From positions 1 to 64,000 of the forward strand of contig JACVGT010000011.1 in assembly GCA_018992685.1 (NCBI GenBank): a DNA stretch of 64,000 nucleotides. The letters are read 5' to 3'. Shown here one piece after another: positions 48,619 to 57,210 of this stretch; position 1 is the first letter of the stretch, and each line of letters opens with the position of its first letter. The position numbers were made by a program, and so were the translations under genes. The notes under the pieces were generated by a model. It did not search any database, was not told where the DNA came from, and worked only from the letters and a program-made list of their open reading frames with translations. Origin of the DNA: Theionarchaea archaeon (lineage in GTDB: Archaea; Methanobacteriota_B; Thermococci; Methanofastidiosales; SZ-28-30).

Positions 48619-50748
48619 ATGACGGATCCACCAGATATTACATACCTGTTCGAGCCCCGCTCTGTGGCGGTAGTTGGTGCCTCTCACGATGAGTCCAAGG
48701 TGGGGTACAAGGTGCTGGAGAACATCGTCAAGGGAGGATTCACAGGGGATGTCTATCCTGTGAACCCGAAGGGAGGGGAGATTCTGGGACTCCCTGTCTT
48801 TGAGCGCGTTGAGGATTTGCCTGAAGGTGTGGATATTGCATTTATCATCATCCCTGGGAAGTATGTGTTTGAGGCTGTGAAAAGCTGTGCAGAAAGGAAG
48901 GCGAAATTCCTCCCGATTATCTCTTCCGGATTTTCTGAAGTGGGGAACATTGAAGAGGAGCACAAGATGGTAGAGTATGCCAGAGAGCACGGCATGCGGA
49001 TTTTGGGCCCCAACATTTTTGGCATCTATTCGGCTGGAGTCTCCTTAAATGGCACCTTCGGTCCCCCCCATATTCTCAAAGGAAATGTAGCCATCGTCAC
49101 CCAGAGCGGGGCTTTAGGCGGTTCAATGATAGGAAAGACGGCTGTGGAGAATATCGGGCTATCCACCATGGTCTCAGTGGGGAATAAGGCAGATATTGGG
49201 GAACCTGACCTTCTGCGATATTTGATGAAGTCTGATACCGCCAGAGTCATCTTCATGTATATTGAAGGAGTGAAAGAAGGGGAGGAATTGATCACAGTAT
49301 TGAGTGAGGCCACACGGGTAAAACCTGTCATTGTCATCAAATCAGGCCGATCGAAAAGAGGTGCTATGGCGGCAGCCTCTCACACAGGGTCTCTGGCAGG
49401 CCAGGACGAGGTTTTTGATGCTATTATGAAACAGTGTGGTGTCTTGCGGGCAGAGAGCCTGCAGGAAGCCTTCAACTGGTGCAAGTTTCTGGCCAGTGCC
49501 CCTTTACCGAAAGGGAATGCCACCGTAATCGTCACCAACGGCGGAGGTCTTGGGGTCATGGCTACCGATGCCTGTGAGAAGTACGATGTCAGTCTGTATG
49601 ATGATACTGAAATCCTGAGGGAAGCCTTTTCAGATGCGACGCCTGACTTCGGGTCTACAAAGAACCCTGTGGACATAACCGGGCAGGCCACTCCCCAGCA
49701 CTATGAATCTGCATTGAGAGCTGCTCTCGATCATGAAAGTATTGACAGTATCATTGCTCTGTACTGTGAGACTGCAGTTTTTGACCTCGAGGCATTTGTA
49801 GAACTCATGAGGCAGTACCATCAGAAAGCACTCCAGGTGGGAAAACCGCTCCTCTTTTCACTCCTGGGTGGTGGAAGGATTGAAGAGTGTATCCGTTCTC
49901 TCAAGAATGAAGGAGTCCCTGTATATGCAGATGTGTATGAGTGTGTCAGCTGTCTGGGAGCACTCTACCAGTATTACCATCACTCTTTAGCTGAGGAAGA
50001 GCTCCCTGAAGAGTATGATATTGATTACAGTACCATCAATACTGTGGTAGAGAAGGCTACTGCAGAAAATCGGTATTTCCTCCTCTCTCATGAGGCTCAA
50101 GCCATCATGGAAGCTGCACGAATTCCCACTCCTCAGAGTTATATTGCCAGGACCCTGGATCAGGCCGTTGCTTTTGCAGAGAAGGTGGGGTATCCTGTGG
50201 TCATGAAGGTGGTCTCCAGGGATATCATACACAAGAGTGATGCAGGTGGAGTTGCCCTTGACCTGGAGAATAAGGAAGAGCTCATGGATGCATACCAGGC
50301 CATCCTGTATAACTCGAGACAGTATAACCCTCATGCCAGAATTGATGGCATCGAGGTCGCTGAAATGGTGGAGAAAGGAACAGAGACTATTGTGGGAGCC
50401 CGCATAGATCAGGCCTTTGGTCCTGTGGTCATGTTTGGTCTCGGTGGGATCTATGTTGAGGTCATGAAGGATGTTTCCTTCAGGGCTTTTCCCCTGAACC
50501 GTGAGGAAGTACTGACCATGATGAAGGAGACCCGATCGTACCCCCTTCTGCTGGGAGTTCGGGGGGAAGAGAAAAAAGACATCGAGAGTGTCCAAGATGC
50601 TATCATGAAAGTGGGTGCAGTGATTCACAACTGTGCTCTCATTACTGATATTGAGGTTAACCCCCTGGTTGTGTACGAACGGGGGGTCAAAGCAGTAGAT
50701 GTGAGGATTCTCCTGAAGAGAGAGAAAGGTGGTGATATTAATGAATAA
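48619..50748 (+). CDS. ADP-forming acetate/acyl-CoA ligase, fused alpha-beta (AcdAB)
   Basis: VAVVGAS, GPN, QSG, phospho-His motif AAASHTGSL, and ATP-grasp HKSDAGGV / FGLGG / EVNP. Confidence 0.92.
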   Translation: MTDPPDITYLFEPRSVAVVGASHDESKVGYKVLENIVKGGFTGDVYPVNPKGGEILGLPVFERVEDLPEGVDIAFIIIPGKYVFEAVKSCAERKAKFLPIISSGFSEVGNIEEEHKMVEYAREHGMRILGPNIFGIYSAGVSLNGTFGPPHILKGNVAIVTQSGALGGSMIGKTAVENIGLSTMVSVGNKADIGEPDLLRYLMKSDTARVIFMYIEGVKEGEELITVLSEATRVKPVIVIKSGRSKRGAMAAASHTGSLAGQDEVFDAIMKQCGVLRAESLQEAFNWCKFLASAPLPKGNATVIVTNGGGLGVMATDACEKYDVSLYDDTEILREAFSDATPDFGSTKNPVDITGQATPQHYESALRAALDHESIDSIIALYCETAVFDLEAFVELMRQYHQKALQVGKPLLFSLLGGGRIEECIRSLKNEGVPVYADVYECVSCLGALYQYYHHSLAEEELPEEYDIDYSTINTVVEKATAENRYFLLSHEAQAIMEAARIPTPQSYIARTLDQAVAFAEKVGYPVVMKVVSRDIIHKSDAGGVALDLENKEELMDAYQAILYNSRQYNPHARIDGIEVAEMVEKGTETIVGARIDQAFGPVVMFGLGGIYVEVMKDVSFRAFPLNREEVLTMMKETRSYPLLLGVRGEEKKDIESVQDAIMKVGAVIHNCALITDIEVNPLVVYERGVKAVDVRILLKREKGGDINE

Positions 50749-51775
50749 GATAGTAGTGGCATCAACACGAGAGAATGCTGGAAAGACCAGTTTCATTGTA
50801 GGGTTAACCAGGGCGTTACAGTGTGAGGTTGGATACATGAAGCCTTTCGGAGACAGGCTCTTGTACAGAAAAAAACGGTTATGGGATTATGATTCTGCAG
50901 TGATGGCCAATATCTTTGGGCTACGAGAAGACCCAGAGAATATTACCATTGCGTTCGAGCACTCCAAGATCAGGTATATGTATGATGAAGAAGGTACAAA
51001 GGAGAAACTTCTGGAAATGGCGGCCAATACGGGGGAAGGTAAAGATCTGCTCATTGTGGAAGGCGGAAAGGACCTGACTTACGGGATATCTGTGTTTCTG
51101 GATGCTGTCTCTGTGGCGCGGCATCTGGAGGGAGAATTACTCTTGGTCCTGGGTGGCGGTGACGAGACAATTGTGGACGACATTACATTTGTCAGGAAAT
51201 GTGTGGACATGAAAGGAGTTGACCTGAAAGGAGTGGTCATCACCAAAGTTCGAGACCCCAGAGAGTTCACTGATCTTTACATGGATAGTATTGCAGAACT
51301 GGATGTGCCAGTGCTGGGGATTATTCCCTACGAAAAGGAGCTGACGTATTTGTCTGTAGGATATCTGGCCGAATTCCTGTTTGCCAAGGTTCTGGCAGGT
51401 GAGAATGGATTAAACAATGTTGCAAGGCACATTTTTGTAGGTGCTCTGTCTGCTCATGCAGCCATGAGAAATCCTCTCTGGAAGGAGGAAGACAAGCTGA
51501 TTATCACCGGTGGAGACCGGACAGACATGATCCTGGCTGCTCTGGAGAGTGACACAGCGGGAATTGTCCTGACCAACAATGTCCTACCACCTTCAGCAAC
51601 AATTTCAAAGGCTGCTACCCGGAATATACCGCTGCTTCTGGTGTCTTCTGATACATATCAGACAGCAAAACAGGTTGATGATCTGGAACCTCTGCTGACC
51701 AGAGAGGACGTAGGGAAGATTGACCTGCTGGAGAAACTGGTACGAGAGCATGTGAAGCTTGAAGAAATCTGCTAG
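50741..51775 (+). CDS. AAA_26 + DRTGG domain protein (phosphotransacetylase N-terminal-like)
   Basis: AGKT, YMKP, IVEG and ITGGDRTD. No Pta catalytic domain. Confidence 0.85.
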   Translation: MNKIVVASTRENAGKTSFIVGLTRALQCEVGYMKPFGDRLLYRKKRLWDYDSAVMANIFGLREDPENITIAFEHSKIRYMYDEEGTKEKLLEMAANTGEGKDLLIVEGGKDLTYGISVFLDAVSVARHLEGELLLVLGGGDETIVDDITFVRKCVDMKGVDLKGVVITKVRDPREFTDLYMDSIAELDVPVLGIIPYEKELTYLSVGYLAEFLFAKVLAGENGLNNVARHIFVGALSAHAAMRNPLWKEEDKLIITGGDRTDMILAALESDTAGIVLTNNVLPPSATISKAATRNIPLLLVSSDTYQTAKQVDDLEPLLTREDVGKIDLLEKLVREHVKLEEIC

Positions 51776-52063
51776 CATCAAAGGAGAAAACGTGGCGTCA
51801 TGAAAGGCAGTGAATCGACAGCGTAGACTGGAGTCTTGATGCGAGAAAATGAACTCTTTTTTCTAATGAAAGAAAGTACATAACCTGCACTTCAGAAAGA
51901 GTCCACAGACTGAATCATATAGTTGCTTTGGATGTTGCACTCTGTGACATGGGGAGTGGGGGGATTGATTGGGCACGTGACCGTCCTCTGCTGAACAATG
52001 AGGATCTCGCGGTATTCATCGAATAGCAGAAGAATTCTTATAGTCGTACCCGGTATGTACGTC

Positions 52064-54112
52064 ATGAGATCATTAGTCGCGTTTGCCATGATCCTCCTAA
52101 TTTTCTGCGGTTGTGCTGAGCAATCACGTGACGAAGAACCAGTATCCTCAGCCACCCTTCCTGACCGGACATCGGCTGGACCTGTGATTGAAGCACCTTC
52201 TGAAGAACCCGAAGAATTTCTCTTTCCCCTCTCTCCAGAAGACGAAGAAGCCTATTCAAAGGCGCTCCACGATATCGAACAGTACAGAAAAGGAGATGTC
52301 ACCGTAACTGTTGTCAGCAAAGAAGGAACCTCTCTTCCCAATGTGACCGTGGAATACCATCAGGTCAAGCACAGCTTCTTGTTCGGCATCTTCACCCCGT
52401 ACAACCCTGACATATTCCAGTTGATGAAAGAAGCGGGGATCAATTATGTTACCTTCCACTTTAACTGGCAGGCTACAGAACCTCAGGAGAACACATTTGA
52501 CTTTCTTGGATTGGAATATGCTTGGGGTGTGAACCCTCTGTATGATCAGGGATTCACATTGAAGGCTCACGCTCTAACCTGGATGTCAGATGAGGTGACT
52601 CCAGACTACATGAGGAACGTCTCTTTCCAATCATATAAGGAAAAATCCTGCCAGCACATTCATGACATTGTTTCTCATTTTAAAGAACAAATACACATCT
52701 GGAACGTCATCAATGAACCCATGGCAGAGTGGGCAAACATCTACAACCTCTCTGAAGAACAGGTAGAAGAGGCCATTACAACAGGGGTAGAAGCAGTGAG
52801 AAAGGCCGATCCTCAAGGGAGAATCATCATTAACAATGCATCACCTGCAGGTGAAAACCACATTATACCGCCATATGATTTTCTCAGAGATTTAAAAGCA
52901 GATTATGATATTGTTGGTCTTCAGATGTACTATAATGGGTATACCCAGGAATATGAGGCGCCTCGTAGATCTCTTGCATATCTGGCTTCTCTGGTAGATC
53001 AGTTTTCAACACTAGAGAAGGAAATTCACATTACGGAGTTATCTGTTCCGTCTGAACCGGAAAAGGGGAGGAAGGGATACTGGGGATATCCGTGGAGTGA
53101 AGAACTGCAGGCCCAGTATGCACAGGTGGCCTACACATTATTCTTTTCGAAGAAGGAAGTGAAGGCTGTGACCTGGTGGGACGCATCTGATGCTGCATGT
53201 TTCATGTACCATGGGGGGTTGCTGGATGAGAATAACAATCCGAAAAGAATCTACTACGCGGTAAAAACCTTGATTCAATCGTGGACAACCCGTGGAACGC
53301 AGGTGACAGATGTCAATGGGAATATTGCATTCAGAGGGTTTGGCGGCCTCTATGAAGTGAAAATCAATGATGATGAGACAGGGCTGGTGTATGAGGGGAT
53401 GTTTGAGGTGAACGAACAGAACGTGAATGATATTTTGATCGTGATTGATCCTGAAACACTACAGAAAGAACAAGATCTGAAAAGACAGCAGACAATCGAG
53501 GAATTGAACAGGGTGGTCACAGACATCAAATGGCTCTTGGACTACTGGAAGAATCAAGGAAAAGACGTGACGACTCAGGAGAGGGAATTAGAAGATGTTC
53601 TGATCCTGGAACCAGAGGAAGCTCTTGAAGAGGCAGTAGCTCTCCGACTACAGGTTGCGATTGAAAGGGAATCAGTACACAGCTGGGAGACGTTCGAAAA
53701 CACGAATAAATCTCTTTTTGATCTTTCATGGGCTGATTCTGGAGTCTTACTGACAAGTGGGGCTCTATACAAACCAATATCATTAAAGAAAGGGAGGATT
53801 GCAGTGAGAATCTTGGCCAAAGGTGATGAAGGTGGAGGTGCCTTCCCATTCTTTTTTGTTATGGCAGGAAGTTCTGTGTCGGATGTTATCCGCATTACCA
53901 GTTCTCAATGGCAGTGGTATGAAATCGTACTGGACACAAATGGAGCAGAGGACATTGCACTCATCTTCACCAATGACTATTACGACCCAAGAACAGGAGA
54001 AGATCGGAACCTGTATATTCAGGAGGTAATCATCACTGAATATCTCTATTCTGATTGGTCATCCTTATCATACTTGAAAGGAGGCCCCAGTCTCTATCAC
54101 TTTGCTCATTAG
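52064..54112 (+). CDS. GH10 (endo-xylanase-like) glycoside hydrolase lipoprotein with C-terminal beta-sandwich domain
   Basis: Lipobox-like IFCGC, KAHALTW, WNVINEP and HITEL catalytic motifs, FRGFGG.Y, and a C-terminal FTND...DRNL. Confidence 0.8.
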   Translation: MRSLVAFAMILLIFCGCAEQSRDEEPVSSATLPDRTSAGPVIEAPSEEPEEFLFPLSPEDEEAYSKALHDIEQYRKGDVTVTVVSKEGTSLPNVTVEYHQVKHSFLFGIFTPYNPDIFQLMKEAGINYVTFHFNWQATEPQENTFDFLGLEYAWGVNPLYDQGFTLKAHALTWMSDEVTPDYMRNVSFQSYKEKSCQHIHDIVSHFKEQIHIWNVINEPMAEWANIYNLSEEQVEEAITTGVEAVRKADPQGRIIINNASPAGENHIIPPYDFLRDLKADYDIVGLQMYYNGYTQEYEAPRRSLAYLASLVDQFSTLEKEIHITELSVPSEPEKGRKGYWGYPWSEELQAQYAQVAYTLFFSKKEVKAVTWWDASDAACFMYHGGLLDENNNPKRIYYAVKTLIQSWTTRGTQVTDVNGNIAFRGFGGLYEVKINDDETGLVYEGMFEVNEQNVNDILIVIDPETLQKEQDLKRQQTIEELNRVVTDIKWLLDYWKNQGKDVTTQERELEDVLILEPEEALEEAVALRLQVAIERESVHSWETFENTNKSLFDLSWADSGVLLTSGALYKPISLKKGRIAVRILAKGDEGGGAFPFFFVMAGSSVSDVIRITSSQWQWYEIVLDTNGAEDIALIFTNDYYDPRTGEDRNLYIQEVIITEYLYSDWSSLSYLKGGPSLYHFAH

Positions 54113-54364
54113 GGTGGTCCCTACTGAATAGTTCAAGAAGAGAAGTGACTCACACTGAGATCATGATCATGATCATGAGATTGTTCCTCCTTTGATTTAG
54201 ATGATTTCCCAGAGTCTATTCCAACTGGTAGATTCCACATATGTATATACAGTGATCAGAAAAAGACAGTTTTCCCTCATTCTTTGTGGAAAACTTTGTC
54301 CAGCCGGTTCATCTCCACGCAAGATTTATAAAGCTCTCTTCATCTCTAGGCACAGGTGATTCTT

Positions 54365-54871
54365 ATGGCACATTTACGACCTGGAAAAATCGACCGGAAT
54401 GTGGACAAACCCTCATACACACGGAGGAAGTACATACGCGGGGTTCCCGGTATCAAGATCGTGCACTTTGATATGGGAAATACCAGGCGGATCTTCCCCT
54501 TTGAGGTTTCGCTTGTGGTCAAAGAACCGATTCAGATACGGCACAATGCCCTTGAAGCTGCGCGTGTTATCTCTCACCGGTATCTGGAAAAACGAGTCGG
54601 TCCTACCAACTATCACATGAAGATCAGGACTTTCCCTCACGAGATTCTGAGGGAAAACCGCATGGCATCGGGGAAGAAGGCGGACCGGTATGGAGACGGC
54701 ATGAGGCGTTCCTTTGGCAAGCCAATGGGAACCGCAGCTCGGCTGGAAGAAAATCAGAAAGTGATTTCCATCTGGGTGGATGAAAACAGGATTTCTCACG
54801 CTAAGGAAGCTTTGAGAAAAGCAGGACATAAGTTCCCAGTTCGAGTGTCTATCTGCGTGGAAAACGCCTGA
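54365..54871 (+). CDS. rpl10e: 50S ribosomal protein L10e (uL16)
   Basis: YTRRKYI.G.P, QIRHNALEAAR and ADRYGDGMRRSFGKP. Confidence 0.96.
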   Translation: MAHLRPGKIDRNVDKPSYTRRKYIRGVPGIKIVHFDMGNTRRIFPFEVSLVVKEPIQIRHNALEAARVISHRYLEKRVGPTNYHMKIRTFPHEILRENRMASGKKADRYGDGMRRSFGKPMGTAARLEENQKVISIWVDENRISHAKEALRKAGHKFPVRVSICVENA

Positions 54872-54882
54872 TATTCCTCCAA

Positions 54883-55317
54883 CTAGTACCTTTTTCTTCC
54901 ATAACTTCTGTCCCGGCTTCCATATCTCCTGTCCTGACCTCCAAATCGGGGTCGGGGCTGGCGTTCTACTTTCTTATCGGATACGTTGCTTTCCATGTTG
55001 GGCTCTATTTCCTCAGAACTCACCTCCATGTGCCCAAGCCTCCCTAGACTGAGCCGCATGGAATCTTTAAATACCGTAATGTAGCCGTTCGTAATGGAAT
55101 AGCTCGTTCCTTCGTGGACAGTTTCGATGTTCTCATTCCAGACACTGAGAATGATGCAGCCAGTAGAGTCGCCCACCAGAACATCAGAGACACGGTGTGC
55201 AGAACCATCCTTTCTGGACACTACATCACGAGGTTCGCCCTTATTGATGACCTGCACCTTGAGATTCACATTCCGGGACCCCGGATTAAGATCTGCAATT
55301 TTCATGATCGGTTCCAA
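54883..55317 (-). CDS. ssb: Single OB-fold ssDNA-binding protein (SSB/RPA)
   Basis: KIADL, VGDSTG.I.LSVW and NGY, with an Arg/Gly-rich tail. Confidence 0.85.
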   Translation of the reverse strand: MEPIMKIADLNPGSRNVNLKVQVINKGEPRDVVSRKDGSAHRVSDVLVGDSTGCIILSVWNENIETVHEGTSYSITNGYITVFKDSMRLSLGRLGHMEVSSEEIEPNMESNVSDKKVERQPRPRFGGQDRRYGSRDRSYGRKRY

Positions 55318-55469
55318 ATAGATACCTCCTCTTCTTGGTTACATGTTGTCCTTTAAATGGTTTCGGGTAAACGCGATCTGTCCCTTCGTTCGTGGTGGGT
55401 CCACAGGCACGTGACATGAGCCACTCACAAGAACGAGACAGGTGAATCTGATCTCCTTTCCCACTCTGT

Positions 55470-55796
55470 CTATTTGTCGCCCGTCAAATTCAGGATTGCT
55501 GCAGCAATGTCACCGTTGGACTCCTTGAGTGCGTTCTCGGCCTCATCTCGTGTGCACGCTGTCTGTTCCATCACCATCTTGATGTCTCCCTCTGGAATCT
55601 CCTTATGTCTTCTTCTGGTTGTGTAGTTGCCTGACACTTGAAAGGTCTTCTGACCGGCAGCACTAATGGATGCCACATCAGGGTTCTTGAATACGTATTC
55701 TTCATCGGGAGTTCTAATAATGACTTCCTCTGCTTCGATTTCACTCATCTTGACGCCAGCTTGCTTCATCAACCTGCGCATCCTTGTATCGAACAT
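55470..55796 (-). CDS. nac: Nascent polypeptide-associated complex protein
   Basis: MRRLMKQAG, EEVII and UBA-like DI..VMEQ...GDIAAAI. Confidence 0.92.
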   Translation of the reverse strand: MFDTRMRRLMKQAGVKMSEIEAEEVIIRTPDEEYVFKNPDVASISAAGQKTFQVSGNYTTRRRHKEIPEGDIKMVMEQTACTRDEAENALKESNGDIAAAILNLTGDK

Positions 55797-55806
55797 TACA
55801 TCCCTC

Positions 55807-56544
55807 CTACATGATACGCTCTTTCATGTCGAAAAGCAGTCCTTCCTTACCAATGCGGTAACCCACATTCTTTGTGTTATAAACCATTTTCTTGAACTTG
55901 TAAATATTCATGAACAGCTCTGTAAAGTGATGGCCTACCACCTTCCGTGAGAAATGGACCACATTGTCTGCCAGGTAGAGCAGTGCAGTCTCCACTTTGG
56001 GATCGTGCATTCCGTCCACCAGGATGAATACGTAGGAACCTCCATATCGCTTGGCCATCATGCGCATACGATCAAAGAATTCACACACCATGTCGGGGCT
56101 GTTGTTCTGCAGGATGAAAGACAAAGAATCCACCACACACCTGCATTCTCCACGGGTCTTCTTGATCTGATCAAATAAGGCATGTTCTATCTGGTCCATG
56201 GCTGTGAGATCGTGCGCAAAGATCTTGAAAGGTGCGATTTTCTCGTCCGTATACTCCCTGTAGCGGGGGGTGAATGCATCAATGAAATGCAGTGTCCTGT
56301 TGTAGTACATGTTGACATCCCATCCAAAGAAGGTGATGTCCTCCAGAATGTCCTCTGGAGCTTGGTTACTGGTAAAGTAGACTCCTTCACCCCCATCTTT
56401 TAATCCACGGTACAGTATGCTCCAGGCTACCACTTCAGCTCCGCTTCCTGGATGGGAGTGCAGTATCGTTGTAGTTCTGTCGGGAATGCCGCCACCAACC
56501 AAAATGTCTAGGTCCTGACTACCCGTGCTGTAGACCTTCACCAT
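55807..56544 (-). CDS. KaiC/RAD55-like protein with degenerate Walker A
   Basis: STGSQDLD and VVDSLS. Walker A reads HPGSGAE, so the catalytic Lys is lost. Confidence 0.8.
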   Translation of the reverse strand: MVKVYSTGSQDLDILVGGGIPDRTTTILHSHPGSGAEVVAWSILYRGLKDGGEGVYFTSNQAPEDILEDITFFGWDVNMYYNRTLHFIDAFTPRYREYTDEKIAPFKIFAHDLTAMDQIEHALFDQIKKTRGECRCVVDSLSFILQNNSPDMVCEFFDRMRMMAKRYGGSYVFILVDGMHDPKVETALLYLADNVVHFSRKVVGHHFTELFMNIYKFKKMVYNTKNVGYRIGKEGLLFDMKERIM

Positions 56545-56972
56545 GGGTAGTACTATAGCGCGTCGCTCTTAAAAGGTTTGCTTTACAATCGATTTCAGAA
56601 TGCACAGGATGAGCGCTATTCCGCAGGTATGAGGTGGGCTGCCATGGTCTCGTCTGAAAGACTTTCTGCCCCTTTTACGGATTCACAGAGGTTCGTGTGC
56701 ATATTTTTACGGTTCTCTCGTTGCCTCTCTTTTCCTGAATCCGCACCTGGGACAGCAGAAGCTTTCATTTGCCAGAAAGATCAGATATCCCACCACAATG
56801 TTCAAAACCAACAATGAAAGCCAGGAGAGTATGCCTTTAATCTACCGTGAGAATTTGTATGTTCTTATGGCTATTGCATCATGTTATTCTCTGTTTTTTT
56901 CACCTCTGGCAAGGTGGTTAGGTTAATGACCTAAATGTAAGCTCAAGAAAGACTCTGGTATAACGATACTAT

Positions 56973-56988
56973 CGAAACATTTATAAAT
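56973..56988 (+). promoter_or_regulatory. BRE/TATA promoter of the putative RiPP precursor
   Basis: cgaaaca-tttataaat about 45 nt upstream of ATG 57029. RBS caggaggtg at 57014-57022. Confidence 0.7.
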
Positions 56989-57028
56989 AAGAAAGAGAAT
57001 AATAGCAAAACTACAGGAGGTGCGAACC

Positions 57029-57127
57029 ATGAAGTTTAACGTAAGGAAGTTGGAGACCGTCTCAACTACTGTTGCTGCAGCAGATGACGTGGTCCCTTGG
57101 AAAGAAGCCAAGCTGCAGTGCCTGTAA
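57029..57127 (+). CDS. Putative RiPP precursor peptide, 32 aa (MKFNVRKLETVSTTVAAADDVVPWKEAKLQCL); absent from the ORF track
   Basis: Strong RBS ggaggtg, its own TATA box and a downstream T-tract. It lies directly upstream of three RRE-rSAM/SPASM genes. Confidence 0.85.
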   Translation: MKFNVRKLETVSTTVAAADDVVPWKEAKLQCL

Positions 57128-57151
57128 TCTTTCCAAAAGGGATCTAGAAAG

Positions 57152-57181
57152 TTTTCTTTGACTTTTTTGTTTTTTTTCTTT
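57152..57181 (+). terminator. Oligo-T terminator/attenuator after the precursor
   Basis: ttttctttgacttttttgttttttttcttt between the precursor stop and the rSAM1 start. Confidence 0.65.
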
Positions 57182-57210
57182 GCCACATTGATGGTTATCC
57201 GGTGTGAAAA

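Noticed and set aside
54159-54176. (gatcat)x3 palindromic microrepeat
   Set aside because: It is too short and isolated to support a function.
56578-56817. 79-aa ORF upstream of the RiPP locus
   Set aside because: TTG start overlapping the divergent promoter, no RBS and no recognisable motif.
56831-56926. 31-aa hydrophobic ORF (MPLIYRENLYVLMAIASCYSLFFSPLARWLG) as a second precursor
   Set aside because: It shows no similarity to the 57029 leader, lies upstream of the cluster promoter and has only a weak RBS. It is likely chance.
56923-57186. 87-aa minus-strand ORF
   Set aside because: It is the antisense shadow of the precursor gene and its T-tract; the poly-Lys start comes from the terminator.
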